Below, piece by piece: positions 1 through 10,915 of a DNA stretch of 64,000 nucleotides. A program made the position numbers and the translations under genes. This DNA comes from Hyalangium minutum (lineage in GTDB: Bacteria; Myxococcota; Myxococcia; Myxococcales; Myxococcaceae), in contig NZ_JMCB01000013.1 of the NCBI RefSeq assembly GCF_000737315.1, forward strand, positions 310,001 to 374,000, written 5' to 3'. The stretch's first letter is position 1. Each line of letters begins with the position of its first letter. Under the pieces are notes generated by a model. That model searched no databases and was not told the DNA's origin. It saw only the letters and a list, made by a program, of their open reading frames with translations.

Positions 1-2
1 CC

Positions 3-833
3 GAGGCTCCTCCCGAGGACGTGCTGCTGGCCTGTCCCGGGCTCGTGTACCGGCGTGACTGCATCGACCGGCTCCACACCGGCGAGCCGCACCAGATGGA
101 TCTGTGGCGCGTCCGCCGAGGCGCCACACTGGGAACTGCGGAGCTTCGCGAGATGATCGAGATCGTGGTCCGCGCCTTGTTGCCGGGACGGGAGCTGCGC
201 GTAGCGCCAGCGCGGCACCCGTACACGACCGATGGCCTGCAGATCGATGTCCGCGACGGCGCGCAGTGGGTGGAGATCGGCGAGTGCGGTCTGGCACTGC
301 CCGCGCTGCTGGAGGAGAGCGGACTGGAGCCTGGGCGCACCACGGGCCTCGCGATGGGGATCGGGCTCGATCGCATCCTGATGCTGCGAAAGGGGCTGGA
401 TGACATCCGCCTGTTGCGCTCGGCGGATCCGCGGATCGCGTCGCAGTTACTCGATCTGGAGCCATACGTCCCCGTGTCCTCGATGCCCGCGGTGCGGCGT
501 GACTTGTCGCTGGCGCTCGCCGAGGAGGACACGCCCGAGGAACTGGGCGACGCGGTCCGGGCGGCGCTCGGAGACAGGGCGGAGTTGGTGGAGAGCGTGG
601 AGGTGCTCTCGGAGACGCCGTACCGGGCGCTGCCTCCGGCGGCGGTGGCGCGGATGGGCATCGCGCCTGGACAGAAGAACGTGCTGCTCCGCGTGGTGCT
701 GCGCGCGTTGGATCGCACGTTGACCCACGAGGAATGCAACGCACTGCGGGATGCCATCTACGCGGCGCTGCATCGGGGCTCCGCGTGGGAGTGGGCGGCG
801 CGGCCTGTTGAGCGCCCCATACGCTCGCCCTGA
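3..833 (+). CDS. PheS-related class II aaRS-like protein with C-terminal FDX-ACB anticodon-binding domain (5'-partial)
   Basis: Frame is open to the window edge. Motif 2 YRRDCIDRLH..PHQ and motif 3 GLAMGIGLDRILML are present, followed by an FDX-ACB-like segment (PAVRRDLSL...LRVVLRALDRTLTHEECN). Confidence 0.8.
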   Translation, partial: EAPPEDVLLACPGLVYRRDCIDRLHTGEPHQMDLWRVRRGATLGTAELREMIEIVVRALLPGRELRVAPARHPYTTDGLQIDVRDGAQWVEIGECGLALPALLEESGLEPGRTTGLAMGIGLDRILMLRKGLDDIRLLRSADPRIASQLLDLEPYVPVSSMPAVRRDLSLALAEEDTPEELGDAVRAALGDRAELVESVEVLSETPYRALPPAAVARMGIAPGQKNVLLRVVLRALDRTLTHEECNALRDAIYAALHRGSAWEWAARPVERPIRSP

Positions 834-905
834 GCAAGGCTGGAAAATAACGTCCCTGTGGCAAGTCGTACCCCGTCGCTGCGGGCGGGGTACGATGGGA
901 ACGCC

Positions 906-1559
906 ATGCTCTTCCGAGACAAAACGCCCCCATCGCGTTCGGAGATCATCGCCGAGGCGGATCGCGCGCGCTCCAAAGGCCGGCTGAAGAAGGCCATCAC
1001 CGGGTACCGCAAGGCGCTGGAGCTGGAGCCCAAGGATCCGGTGGTGCTCGGGAAGCTGGCGCCGTTGCTGGCGAGGACGAAGGAGCATGAGGCCTCGCTG
1101 CAGAGCTTCCGGGCAGCGGCGCAGGGGCATTTGGATAAGGGCTTCGCGGACAAGGCGCTGGCCGTCTACGCGCAGGCCGCGGAGGAGTTCCCGCACCAGT
1201 TGAACCTCTGGCAGCAGATGGCGCAGTTGAACATGTCGAAGGGACACCGGGCCGAGGCGGTGAAGACGCTGCTGCGGGGCCGGCTCCACTTCCGCCGCAA
1301 GACCGAGCGCCGGGGCGCCATCACCCTGCTGCAGGAGGTGCTGGCGCTCGAGCCGACGCTGTTCGAGGTGAAGCTGGATCTGGGGCTGCAGCTCGCCCGC
1401 GAGAAGCACGTGGCCGAGGCGATGACCTTGCTCAACCCGATGGTGCTGGACGCCAAGACGCGCCCTCAGTTGCGCCGGCTGCGGTGGACGCTGGCACTTG
1501 CGTCTCCGAGCGTCGCGGCGTGGGGTCGCTGGGTGCGCGCCGTGGTGCTGGGCCGCTGA
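906..1559 (+). CDS. Tetratricopeptide repeat protein
   Basis: TPR-like helices (KAITGYRKALELEPKD; AITLLQEVLALEPT). The ATG at 906 is preferred over the GTG at 858. Confidence 0.75.
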   Translation: MLFRDKTPPSRSEIIAEADRARSKGRLKKAITGYRKALELEPKDPVVLGKLAPLLARTKEHEASLQSFRAAAQGHLDKGFADKALAVYAQAAEEFPHQLNLWQQMAQLNMSKGHRAEAVKTLLRGRLHFRRKTERRGAITLLQEVLALEPTLFEVKLDLGLQLAREKHVAEAMTLLNPMVLDAKTRPQLRRLRWTLALASPSVAAWGRWVRAVVLGR

Positions 1560-1589
1560 GGGCGTCAGGACTTCACGGCGGAGGCTGCG

Positions 1590-2399
1590 TTACTTCGCGG
1601 GGGTGGGCAGGCCCAGCACGTACGTCACGGCGGGCTTGCCCGGCTTCTGTGCCTGGCCCACCTCCCAGGTGTAGCTCTCGCGCGGGAGGCTGTCCGTCAG
1701 CTTCCGCAGCTCGTCGGGGCTGTGCGCCCGCAGCGCCGACACGAGTCCGTCCCAGAAGATGACCAGGGGGAACAGCGGCACCCCGTACGTGAGCAGCAGC
1801 CGGGGCAGGGTGAGCGGCCGGATCGTCGGCGTGAAGAGCAGCACGAGCAGCGGGATGAAGAGGGCCGCGATCACCCCCTTCGGAGAGCGCTCGACGACCT
1901 CGAATGCTCCAATCGGGACACCCCTCGCTTGGGCATCCGCCAGCACCGCGCGCGCCGCCTCGGGCTTGAAGTGGTGCAGGGCGTTGAACAGGGTTCGCAT
2001 GCCTCGTTGCTCGGGCGGCACCCTCGTCGCGTCCACGGGCTCCTGCAGGTACTCCGCTCCCGCAGCGAGTGCGCGCTCCCGGGCTCTCTCGTTCGGGAAC
2101 AGATCCGTCTGCACCACCCGCACCCGCCGCCCGTGTTCCTGCGCCAGGATTCCACCCAGCCGGGGCAGAGGCCCTCCACCGCCCGAGCCCAGATCGAGCA
2201 CTGTGTCCGTGCCTCCCGCCTCCAGGCCTCGGAGCAGCAGGGGAGCGGCCGCGTCGAAGATGCCCATGCGCTGGCTGATGGCCGCCAAGTAGTTGGTGCA
2301 ATGGTCCCTCAGCGCGGCGGGGTACCACTCCTGATCGAGCAGCTCGAAGAGGTGGAGGCGAGGCCACAGGGACTTGGGAGGTGTCATGGTCGTGTCCAT
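1590..2399 (-). CDS. Class I SAM-dependent methyltransferase
   Basis: VLDLGSGGGG SAM-binding motif and a downstream FNALHHF motif. Confidence 0.8.
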   Translation of the reverse strand: MDTTMTPPKSLWPRLHLFELLDQEWYPAALRDHCTNYLAAISQRMGIFDAAAPLLLRGLEAGGTDTVLDLGSGGGGPLPRLGGILAQEHGRRVRVVQTDLFPNERARERALAAGAEYLQEPVDATRVPPEQRGMRTLFNALHHFKPEAARAVLADAQARGVPIGAFEVVERSPKGVIAALFIPLLVLLFTPTIRPLTLPRLLLTYGVPLFPLVIFWDGLVSALRAHSPDELRKLTDSLPRESYTWEVGQAQKPGKPAVTYVLGLPTPAK

Positions 2400-2494
2400 G
2401 CCTTCAGGGTGCCTGCCCGTCTGGCGATCCGCACTGACTTCGGGCGCCAGAACGGATTGCCGCGCACGCCAGGATACCGGTAGACCTGCGGGGC

Positions 2495-3520
2495 ATGTCC
2501 TCCCCGGCTGTCGCCTCGCTCTCCACTCGGCAGGTCCGCCATGCCTTCCAGGCCTTGGATGGGCTGGGGATTCCGGGCGTGAACTCGGAGCGGCTGTGCC
2601 AGGAGGTTGGCCTGTCGCGCTCGGTGCTGGAGGACCTGGAGGCGCGCATCCCTTACGTCACGCTCGACACCCTGCTCGAGCGCGCCGTGGAGCTCAGCGG
2701 GGATGACAACCTGGGCCTCCACATGGCCAGCCTCCCGGTCGTGGATCCCGATGACGTGGGCTCGGCCGTCATCGCCACCAGTCCCACCCTGGCGGAGTCC
2801 CTCGAGCGGGGCGTCCGCTACCAGCGCGTCTGGGGAGATGGCGAGCGCCTTCGGTTCGAGGAGACGCTCCGTGGCGTCCGCATGCGCTTCACCCCCGTGG
2901 GCACCTGGAGGCTCGCGCATCGGCACCTGGCGGAGCTGGCCATGGCCCAGTTCGTCCATGGCGCCAGACTCCTCACGGAGGCCCCCGTCACTCCGCTCTG
3001 CGTGCGCTTCGTCCATCCCGAGCCCGCCGACACCCGAGAACACCGGGAACGCTATGGCTGCCCCATCGTCTTCGAGGCCCCCGCCAACGACATCGAGTTC
3101 TCCCGGGAGGATGCCGCCCGGCCACTCGTTCATGCCGATGCGCTCGTCCACCTCATCTTCGAGCGTCAGGTCCAGAAGCTCCTGAGCACACTGCCCGAGG
3201 AGCCCAGTATCTCTGCGCGGGTGCGGGCCTATCTCCAGCGCTCGCTCGGGGGCGGGGACTTCTCGTTCGCGGCGGTGGCCCGGGCGCTTCACATGCCCTC
3301 ACGGACACTCCAGCGCCACCTGGCCGAGGAGGGGAAGAGCTACGCCAGCATCCTCGAGGCGCTGCGCCGGGAGCGCGCCGCGGACTTCCTGCAGCGCCGG
3401 GTGTCCATCGCCGAGGTCTCCTTCCTGCTGGGCTACAGCGACCCCAGTGTCTTCCACCGGGCCTTCAAGCGCTGGTGGGGCATGAGCCCCGAGTCCTTCC
3501 GCCAGAAGCACGGGGGCTAG
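2495..3520 (+). CDS. AraC family transcriptional regulator
   Basis: C-terminal double HTH ([12 protein letters not shown]; [29 protein letters not shown]). Divergent from the methyltransferase gene. Confidence 0.9.
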   Translation: MSSPAVASLSTRQVRHAFQALDGLGIPGVNSERLCQEVGLSRSVLEDLEARIPYVTLDTLLERAVELSGDDNLGLHMASLPVVDPDDVGSAVIATSPTLAESLERGVRYQRVWGDGERLRFEETLRGVRMRFTPVGTWRLAHRHLAELAMAQFVHGARLLTEAPVTPLCVRFVHPEPADTREHRERYGCPIVFEAPANDIEFSREDAARPLVHADALVHLIFERQVQKLLSTLPEEPSISARVRAYLQRSLGGGDFSFAAVARALHMPSRTLQRHLAEEGKSYASILEALRRERAADFLQRRVSIAEVSFLLGYSDPSVFHRAFKRWWGMSPESFRQKHGG

Positions 3521-3537
3521 GGCATACTCCGTGCTCC

Positions 3538-3984
3538 ATGCTCTACTTCGATGACTTTCATCCCGGCCAGGTGATCGAGCTCGGCTCCTACCAGGTGCCT
3601 CGCGAGGAGATCATCGCCTTTGCCCGGCAGTTCGATCCCCAGCCCTTCCACATCGACGACGAGGCGGCCCGCCGCTCCATCTTCGGCGGCATCATCGCCA
3701 GCGGCTGGCACACCGCCTCCATCTGCCACCGCCTGCTCGTCCAGGGGCTGCTGACCACGAGCTCCTCCCTGGGCTCTCCCGGGCTCGATGAGCTGCGCTG
3801 GCTCCTCCCCGTGCGCCCGGACGATGTCATCACCCCCCGTGCCGAAGTTCTCTCCGTCACCCCCTCGCGCAGCAAGCCGGACCGCGGCGCCATCAAGTTC
3901 CGCATGGAGGTCCGCAACCAGAAAGGCGAGGTGGTGATGACCGAACTCGCCACCGCCCTTTTCGTGCGCCGCCCGCCCGTCTAG
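3538..3984 (+). CDS. MaoC family dehydratase (hotdog fold)
   Basis: [13 protein letters not shown]...GIIASGWHT motif. Confidence 0.88.
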   Translation: MLYFDDFHPGQVIELGSYQVPREEIIAFARQFDPQPFHIDDEAARRSIFGGIIASGWHTASICHRLLVQGLLTTSSSLGSPGLDELRWLLPVRPDDVITPRAEVLSVTPSRSKPDRGAIKFRMEVRNQKGEVVMTELATALFVRRPPV

Positions 3985-4071
3985 AGTCCGAACGGGCTTC
4001 ACGGGGGAGGCGGCCCGCTCTGGCGCGCATGGCCCTCGTGGACTCGCCCTCAACCTCAAGGAGCGACGCGG

Positions 4072-5220
4072 ATGCTGAACCTCAAGCCGTTGGCCGTCGG
4101 TGTGGTGATTGCTGCTGCGAGCCAGTCCCTGGCAGCCCCTCCCAAGCAGCTCGGCAAGCCCGAGGGCAAGCTGAACATCATCGCCTGGCCGGGCTACATC
4201 GAGCGCGGTGAGACCGACAAGAAGTACGACTGGGTCACCCAGTTCGAGAAGGACTCCGGCTGCAAGGTCAACGTGAAGACCGCCGCCACCTCCGACGAGA
4301 TGGTGAGCCTCATGAACCAGGGCGGGTACGATCTCGTCACCGCCTCCGGTGACGCCAGCCTGCGCCTCGTGATGGGCAAGAAGGTGCAGGAGATCAACAC
4401 GGACCTCATCCCCTCGTGGAAGTCGGTGGACGAGCGCCTGAAGAACGCCGCCTGGCACACGGTGGATGGCAAGCACTACGGTGTGCCCTACCAGTGGGGC
4501 CCCAACGTGCTCATGTACAACACCAACATCTTCAAGACGGCCCCCACCTCCTGGTCCGTGATCTTCGAGCCGCAGAACCTGCCGGACGGCAAGCCCAACA
4601 AGGGCCGTGTGCAGGCGTATGACGGCCCCATCTACGTGGCCGACGCCGCGCTCTACCTGTCCAAGAAGCAGCCGGAGCTGGGCATCAAGGACCCGTACGA
4701 GCTCAACGAGAAGCAGTACGCCGAGGTCCTCAAGCTGCTGCGCCAGCAGAAGCAGCTCGCCCACCGCTACTGGCACGACGCCACCGTGCAGATGAACGAC
4801 TTCAAGAACGAGGGCGTCGCCGTGTCCAGCTCGTGGGGCTATATGGTCAACGCCCTCAAGGCCGAGAAGCAGCCCATCAGCTCCACCATCCCCTCCGAGG
4901 GCTCCACGGGCTGGGCGGACACCACGATGATGCACGCCAGCGCGCAGAACCCCGTGTGCGCCTACAAGTGGATGGAGTGGTCGCTCAACAAGAACCTCCA
5001 GTCCGCCCTGGCCGAGTGGTTTGGCTCCAACCCCGTGGTTCCCGATGCCTGTAAGACCCCGGCGCCCGGTGGCTCTGACTTCTGCAAGACGAACGGCTTC
5101 GACCGCTTCGAACAGGTCCACTTCTGGAAGACGCCGGTCGCCAAATGCGCTAGCCAGGGGACATGCGTGCCTTACAGCAAGTGGACGCAGGACTTCATCG
5201 CCGTGATGGGCGGCCGCTGA
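4072..5220 (+). CDS. ydcS: Polyamine ABC transporter substrate-binding protein (YdcS-like)
   Basis: Signal peptide, then IIAWPGYIERGETDKKYDWVTQFEK and a WTQDFIAVMGGR end, matching the E. coli YdcS sequence as I recall it. Confidence 0.88.
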   Translation: MLNLKPLAVGVVIAAASQSLAAPPKQLGKPEGKLNIIAWPGYIERGETDKKYDWVTQFEKDSGCKVNVKTAATSDEMVSLMNQGGYDLVTASGDASLRLVMGKKVQEINTDLIPSWKSVDERLKNAAWHTVDGKHYGVPYQWGPNVLMYNTNIFKTAPTSWSVIFEPQNLPDGKPNKGRVQAYDGPIYVADAALYLSKKQPELGIKDPYELNEKQYAEVLKLLRQQKQLAHRYWHDATVQMNDFKNEGVAVSSSWGYMVNALKAEKQPISSTIPSEGSTGWADTTMMHASAQNPVCAYKWMEWSLNKNLQSALAEWFGSNPVVPDACKTPAPGGSDFCKTNGFDRFEQVHFWKTPVAKCASQGTCVPYSKWTQDFIAVMGGR

Positions 5221-5225
5221 CCGAC

Positions 5226-6245
5226 GTGACAGCCGCCGTCGAGCTCAAACAGATCAGCCGGCACTACGGCACCGTTCGGGCCGTGGAGAGCGTCTCCCTG
5301 TCCATCCAGGACGGGGAGTTCTTCTCCCTGCTCGGGCCCTCGGGCTCGGGGAAGACCACGTGTCTGCGCCTGATCGCCGGCTTCGAGCAACCCTCGTCCG
5401 GCAGCCTCCTGCTCCATGGGCAGGAAGCAGCGGGCGTTCCGCCCTACGAGCGGGACGTCAACACCGTGTTCCAGGACTACGCCCTGTTTCCGCACATGAG
5501 CGTGCGCGACAACGTGGCCTATGGGCTCATGGTGAAGGGTGTGGACAAGCAGAAGCGCCTCGCCGAGGCCGATGCCGCGCTCGCCATGGTGGCGCTCCAA
5601 GGCTTCGGCCAGCGCCGCCCCGCCGAGCTATCCGGCGGCCAGCGCCAGCGCGTGGCCCTGGCGCGCGCCATCATCAACAAGCCCCGGGTGCTGCTGCTGG
5701 ATGAGCCGCTCGGCGCGTTGGATCTGCGGCTGCGCGAGCAGATGCAGACCGAGCTGAAGTCCCTGCAGCGCCGCCTGGGCATCACCTTCATCTACGTCAC
5801 CCACGATCAGGGAGAGGCCCTCTCCATGTCGGACCGGGTGGCCGTCTTCAACCAAGGCGGCATCGAGCAGGTGGACACACCCAAGGGGCTCTACACGAAG
5901 CCCCGCACCGTGTTCGTCGCCCGCTTCGTCGGCGCTTCGAACGTGGTGGAGGGCTCGCTGGCCCAGAGCCTCACGGGCTCGGAGCGGCCGTTCTCCATCC
6001 GCCCGGAGCACATCCGCCTGGCCGCCGGAGCGGGGGAGGGGGACCGCCTGAGCGTGGAGGGCAAGCTCGTGGACGTGCAGTACCACGGGGCCACCAGCCG
6101 CTACACCGTGGAGGTGCCCGGCGGCGTGCTGCTCAACGCGAACCTGCCCAATGGCGAGGACGAGGCGGGAGGGCCCGCGATCGGCGAGACCGTGCGGCTG
6201 GCCTGGTCCCGCCAAGCCATGGTGCAACTGGAGCCGGGGGCTTGA
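5226..6245 (+). CDS. ydcT: Polyamine ABC transporter ATP-binding protein
   Basis: Walker A GPSGSGKT, signature LSGGQRQR, Walker B LLLDEP and a TOBE-like tail. GTG start inferred. Confidence 0.9.
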   Translation: MTAAVELKQISRHYGTVRAVESVSLSIQDGEFFSLLGPSGSGKTTCLRLIAGFEQPSSGSLLLHGQEAAGVPPYERDVNTVFQDYALFPHMSVRDNVAYGLMVKGVDKQKRLAEADAALAMVALQGFGQRRPAELSGGQRQRVALARAIINKPRVLLLDEPLGALDLRLREQMQTELKSLQRRLGITFIYVTHDQGEALSMSDRVAVFNQGGIEQVDTPKGLYTKPRTVFVARFVGASNVVEGSLAQSLTGSERPFSIRPEHIRLAAGAGEGDRLSVEGKLVDVQYHGATSRYTVEVPGGVLLNANLPNGEDEAGGPAIGETVRLAWSRQAMVQLEPGA

Positions 6246-6247
6246 GC

Positions 6248-7192
6248 ATGACGACCGCGCAGGCCAGCGCTCCCGCTCGGGGTGGGGTGGGGCGGTCGCT
6301 CTCGAATCTGCTCTACCGCCGGAGCACCCTGCGCCTGCTCCTGCTGCTCACGCCGCCGCTGCTCTGGTTCGGCGTGGTGTACCTGGGCTCGCTGCTGGCC
6401 CTGCTGGCCCAGAGCTTCTACACCTTTGATGATTTCACCATGGAGGTGACGCCGGAGCTGTCCTGGGCGAGCTACAAGGCGCTCCTGGACGATGCCAACG
6501 CGGACATCATCCTGCGCACCGTGGGCATGTCCGCCTCGGTGACGGTGGCCTCCGCGGTGCTGGCGTTTCCCATTGCCTACTACGTCGCGCGCTATACCGA
6601 GGGGCTTCGCAAGGGCCTCTTCTACGTCGCGATCATGTTGCCCATGTGGGCCAGCTACATCGTCAAGGCCTACGCCTGGACGGTGATCCTCACCAAGGGC
6701 GGCATCCTCTATTGGTTGGTGGGCAAGCTCGGGCTCGATGGCGCGCTGGAGTGGGTGCTGGAGCTGCCCTACGTGGGCGGCACCTCGCTCTCCACCTCGA
6801 ACCTGGGCCGGTTCCTGGTGTTCACCTATGTGTGGCTGCCGTTCATGATCCTGCCCATCCAGGCGGCCATCGAGCGCGTGCCGCCGCAGCTGCTCCAGGC
6901 CTCGGCGGATCTGGGCGCCCGGCCCGCGCAGACCTTCCGCACCGTCATCCTGCCGCTGGCCTTCCCGGGCGTGGTGGCGGGTTCCATCTTCACCTTCTCG
7001 CTCACCCTGGGCGACTACATCATCCCGCAGCTGGTGGGGCCGCCGGGGCTCTTCATTGGCAGCATGGTCTACACGCAGCAGGGCTCCATCGGGAACCTGC
7101 CCATGGCGGCGGCCTTCACGGTGGTGCCCATCGTCATCGTCGGCATCTACCTGTCCATTGCCCGGAGACTGGGGGCCTTCGATGCGCTCTGA
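6248..7192 (+). CDS. ydcU: Polyamine ABC transporter permease
   Basis: Multiple TM segments with the EAA loop [13 protein letters not shown]; position in the operon. Confidence 0.87.
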   Translation: MTTAQASAPARGGVGRSLSNLLYRRSTLRLLLLLTPPLLWFGVVYLGSLLALLAQSFYTFDDFTMEVTPELSWASYKALLDDANADIILRTVGMSASVTVASAVLAFPIAYYVARYTEGLRKGLFYVAIMLPMWASYIVKAYAWTVILTKGGILYWLVGKLGLDGALEWVLELPYVGGTSLSTSNLGRFLVFTYVWLPFMILPIQAAIERVPPQLLQASADLGARPAQTFRTVILPLAFPGVVAGSIFTFSLTLGDYIIPQLVGPPGLFIGSMVYTQQGSIGNLPMAAAFTVVPIVIVGIYLSIARRLGAFDAL

Positions 7193-8009
7193 CTCCGCCG
7201 CCGCGAGCGGCCCCCGCGCGCCTTGGTGGCTGAAGCTCCTGGCCTGGGGCGGCCTGGTGTTCCTGCACTTCCCCATCGTGGTGGTGTGCCTCTACGCCTT
7301 CAACACCGAGGAGAGCGCGTTCAGCTTCCCGCTCAAGGGCTTCACCCTGGAGTGGTTCCGGGTGGCCGCCGAGCGCCAGGATGTGATCGAGGCCATTGGC
7401 CTGTCTCTGAAGGTGGCCCTGGCTGCCACCGCGCTCTCGTTGGTGCTGGGCACCCTGGCCTCGTTGGTGCTTGCCCGGCGCCAGTTCTTCGGCCGTGAGG
7501 CGCTCACCCTCATGTTCGCCCTGCCCATCGCCCTGCCGGGCATCATCACCGGCATCGCGCTGCTCTCCGCGTTCAAGATCGCCGAGGTGGAGATGGGCTT
7601 CTGGACCATCGCCGCGGGCCACGGCACCTTCTGTCTCGTGGTCGTCTACAACAATGTGGTCGCCCGCCTGCGCCGCATGCCGAACTCGCTCGTGGAGGCG
7701 TCCATGGACCTGGGCGCGGATGGGCTCCAGACGTTCCGCCACGTGCTCCTGCCGCAGATGGCCACCGCGCTGCTGGCGGGCGGCATCCTCGCCTTCGCGC
7801 TCAGCTTCGACGAGATCATCGTCACCACCTTCACGGCGGGCCACGAGCGGACGCTGCCCATCTGGATGCTCAACCAGCTCGGGCGCCCGAGAGATGTTCC
7901 CGTGACGAACGTGGTGGCCATGCTCGTCATGTTCATCACCGCCATTCCCCTCTTGCTGGCCTGGCGCCTCACCCGAGGCACCGAGCAGGTGGCCGGCAGC
8001 AGCAAGTGA
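7182..8009 (+). CDS. ydcV: Polyamine ABC transporter permease
   Basis: [11 protein letters not shown] motif and FALSFDE; the start overlaps the upstream permease. Confidence 0.87.
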   Translation: MRSDSAAASGPRAPWWLKLLAWGGLVFLHFPIVVVCLYAFNTEESAFSFPLKGFTLEWFRVAAERQDVIEAIGLSLKVALAATALSLVLGTLASLVLARRQFFGREALTLMFALPIALPGIITGIALLSAFKIAEVEMGFWTIAAGHGTFCLVVVYNNVVARLRRMPNSLVEASMDLGADGLQTFRHVLLPQMATALLAGGILAFALSFDEIIVTTFTAGHERTLPIWMLNQLGRPRDVPVTNVVAMLVMFITAIPLLLAWRLTRGTEQVAGSSK

Positions 8010-8062
8010 CTCGAACCGAGGTGGCCCGCCCGGCCCCTCCCGCAGGACAAGGAGACGACCCC

Positions 8063-9487
8063 ATGGATGGCAAGCAGTTCATCGACGGGCAGTTCGTGGT
8101 GGGTGAGGGCGCTGTGGAGGACATCCTCGATCCCGCCACGGGCGAGGTGCTGGCCAAGGTCCCCGAGGCCTCTCCCGCTCAGATTCAGGCCGCGGTGAAG
8201 GCCGCCGAGAAGGCCTTTCCGGGCTGGGCTCGCACTCCGCCCAAGGACCGCGCCACCGCGCTGCTCAAGCTGGCCGATGCCATCGAGGCCAAAGGCGCCG
8301 AGCTGGCCCGCCTGGAGTCGCGCAACTGCGGCAAGCCCTACGCCCTGGCCCTCAATGACGAGATCCCCGCCATCGCGGACGTGTTCCGCTTCTTCGCGGG
8401 CGCGGCGCGCTGTCTGCCAGGCATGGCCACCGGTGAGTACGCCGCTGGCTACACCAGCATGATCCGCCGGGATCCGCTGGGCGTGGTGGCCTCGATCGCG
8501 CCGTGGAACTACCCGCTGATGATGGCGGCGTGGAAGTTGGCTCCTGCGGTGGCTGCGGGCAACACGGTGGTGCTCAAGCCCTCCGAGCAGACGCCGCTCA
8601 CCACCCTCAAGCTGGCCGAGCTCATCGCCGGTCTCTTCCCGCCCGGGGTCATCAACATCGTCACCGGCCGGGGCGAGAGCGTAGGCGCGCCGCTCATCAG
8701 CCAGCCGCAGGTGCGGATGGTCTCGCTCACGGGCGATGTGGGCACGGGCTCCAAGGTGCTCCAGGCCGCCTCGCAGAGCGTCAAGCGCACCCACCTGGAG
8801 CTGGGCGGCAAGGCCCCTGTCATCGTCTTCGACGACGCGGACCTCCAGAGCGTGGTCGCCGGTATCCGCACCTTCGGCTTCTACAACGCGGGCCAGGACT
8901 GCACGGCCGCCTGCCGCATCTACGCGGGCCCCAAGGTCTACGACCGGCTCGTGGCGGACCTGAGCAGCGCGGTGTCCTCCATCAAGGTGGGGACTCAGCA
9001 GGAGGATGGCGTGGAGATGGGGCCGCTCATCTCCGACAAGCAGCTCCAGCGCGTGGCTGGCTTCGTGGAGCGGGCCTCGCAGCAAAAGCACATCGAGATC
9101 ACCGCGGGCGGCAAGAAGGGCAGCGGCAAGGGTTTCTTCTTCACCCCCACCGTGGTGGCAGGCGCGAAGCAGGACGACGAGATCGTCCGCCGCGAGGTGT
9201 TCGGCCCTGTCGTCTCCGTGACGCGCTTCGAGGACCCCGAGCTGGCCATTGCCTGGGCCAATGACTCGGACTACGGCCTGGCCAGCTCCGTGTGGACTCA
9301 GGACATCAGCAAGGCCATGAAGGTGGCGGCTGCCCTGGAGTACGGGTGCACGTGGATCAATTCACACTTCATGCTGGTGAGCGAGATGCCCCATGGCGGC
9401 CTGAAGCGCTCGGGCTACGGTAAGGACCTGTCGATGTACGCGCTCGAGGACTACACCGCCGTGCGCCACGTGATGGTGAAGTACTGA
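8063..9487 (+). CDS. patD: Gamma-aminobutyraldehyde dehydrogenase
   Basis: ALDH motifs [29 protein letters not shown] and EVFGPV. AAGGAG RBS lies 8 nt before the ATG at 8063. Confidence 0.87.
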   Translation: MDGKQFIDGQFVVGEGAVEDILDPATGEVLAKVPEASPAQIQAAVKAAEKAFPGWARTPPKDRATALLKLADAIEAKGAELARLESRNCGKPYALALNDEIPAIADVFRFFAGAARCLPGMATGEYAAGYTSMIRRDPLGVVASIAPWNYPLMMAAWKLAPAVAAGNTVVLKPSEQTPLTTLKLAELIAGLFPPGVINIVTGRGESVGAPLISQPQVRMVSLTGDVGTGSKVLQAASQSVKRTHLELGGKAPVIVFDDADLQSVVAGIRTFGFYNAGQDCTAACRIYAGPKVYDRLVADLSSAVSSIKVGTQQEDGVEMGPLISDKQLQRVAGFVERASQQKHIEITAGGKKGSGKGFFFTPTVVAGAKQDDEIVRREVFGPVVSVTRFEDPELAIAWANDSDYGLASSVWTQDISKAMKVAAALEYGCTWINSHFMLVSEMPHGGLKRSGYGKDLSMYALEDYTAVRHVMVKY

Positions 9488-9500
9488 GCTGGAGGCCCCG

Positions 9501-10778
9501 ATGAAGACCGACGCCAACAACGCCAACCTGCTGCGCCGCAAGGATGCCGCCACCCCTCGCGGCGTAGGGGTGATGGCTCCCTTCTTCGTGGCGCGCGCGG
9601 AGAACAGCGAGCTGTGGGACGTGGAGGGCCGCCGCTACATCGACTTCGCGGGCGGCATCGCCGTGCTCAACACCGGCCACCGCCACCCCAAGGTGGTCGC
9701 TGCCATGAAGGCCCAGCTGGATGCCTTCACGCACAGCGCCTACCAGGTGGTGCCCTACGAGGGCTACATCGCCCTGGCCGAGCGCCTCAACCAGCTCACC
9801 CCCGGCAAGTTCCCCAAGAAGACCACCTTCTTCTCCACGGGCGCCGAGGCCGTCGAGAACGCGGTGAAGATCGCCCGCGCCGCCACGGGCCGCAGCGGCA
9901 TCATCGCCTTCACCGGCGCCTTCCATGGGCGCACGATGATGGGCATGGCGCTCACCGGAAAGGTGGTGCCGTACAAGGTGGGCTTCGGGCCGTTCCCGGC
10001 CGAGGTCTACCACGTGCCCTTCCCGACGATGCTGCACGGCGTCACCGTGGAGGACTCGCTCCGCGCCATTCAGCAGCTCTTCAAGGCGGACGTGGATCCG
10101 AAGCGCGTCGCCGCCATCATCCTCGAGCCTGTGCAGGGCGAGGGCGGCTTCTACGTGGCGCCTCCCGAGCTCATGCGCGGGCTGCGGCGCGTCTGTGACG
10201 AGCACGGCATCCTCTTGATCGCCGATGAGATCCAGACGGGCTTCGCGCGCACGGGGAAGTGGTTCGCCATGGATCACCACGACGTGGCGCCGGATCTGAT
10301 GACCACGGCGAAGTCGCTCGCGGGTGGCGTCCCGCTCTCCGCCGTCACGGGTCGCGCCGAGGTGATGGATGCGCCCGCTCCCGGCGGACTCGGAGGCACC
10401 TACGCGGGCAATCCGCTGGCCATCGCTGCGGCCCACGCGGTGCTGGATGTCATCGAAGAGGAAGGCCTGGTGAAGCGGGCCCAGCAGCTCGGTGAGCAGA
10501 TGCGCGGACGGCTGGAGGCGCTGCGCTCCCGCGTGCCTCGCATCGCCGAGGTGCGCGGACTGGGCGCCATGCTCGCCGTGGAGCTCTGCCAGCCCGGCGG
10601 CCACACACCTGATCCGGACTTCACCAAGGCCGTGCAGACCCGGGCCCTGGAGCGCGGGCTGGTGCTGCTCACCTGCGGCGTCTACGCCAACGTGCTGCGC
10701 TTCCTCTTCCCCCTGACCATCCCCGAGCCTCTGTTCAACGAAGGGCTCTCCCTCCTGGAGGAAGCACTCACGGTGTGA
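9501..10778 (+). CDS. gabT: 4-aminobutyrate aminotransferase (class III PLP enzyme)
   Basis: YIDFAGGIAVLNTGHRHP, EPVQGEGGF, IADEIQTGFARTG and the PLP lysine in TAKSLAGG. Confidence 0.9.
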   Translation: MKTDANNANLLRRKDAATPRGVGVMAPFFVARAENSELWDVEGRRYIDFAGGIAVLNTGHRHPKVVAAMKAQLDAFTHSAYQVVPYEGYIALAERLNQLTPGKFPKKTTFFSTGAEAVENAVKIARAATGRSGIIAFTGAFHGRTMMGMALTGKVVPYKVGFGPFPAEVYHVPFPTMLHGVTVEDSLRAIQQLFKADVDPKRVAAIILEPVQGEGGFYVAPPELMRGLRRVCDEHGILLIADEIQTGFARTGKWFAMDHHDVAPDLMTTAKSLAGGVPLSAVTGRAEVMDAPAPGGLGGTYAGNPLAIAAAHAVLDVIEEEGLVKRAQQLGEQMRGRLEALRSRVPRIAEVRGLGAMLAVELCQPGGHTPDPDFTKAVQTRALERGLVLLTCGVYANVLRFLFPLTIPEPLFNEGLSLLEEALTV

Positions 10779-10839
10779 GGCAGTCCATACGGGCGGGGTG
10801 CGGCATTGTTCCCCACAGGCCAAGCGCATTCTTCTGGGA

Positions 10840-10865
10840 TTGCTGGAATTCTTAATTTCTAGCAA
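10840..10865. promoter_or_regulatory. Imperfect AT-rich inverted repeat upstream of the amine oxidase gene
   Basis: TTGCTgGAA-N8-TTCtAGCAA, about 50 bp before the ATG at 10916. Confidence 0.35.
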
Positions 10866-10915
10866 TGTGCGGAAATTCCAGGTTTCCGCTGCCTCTGACC
10901 CCCAGGAAGAAGAAC

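Noticed and set aside
3517-5121. Long antisense ORFs (also 7646-9091, 19292-21352, 38745-40511, 42539-44074 and others)
   Set aside because: These are shadows of high-GC3 genes on the opposite strand and have no recognisable motifs.
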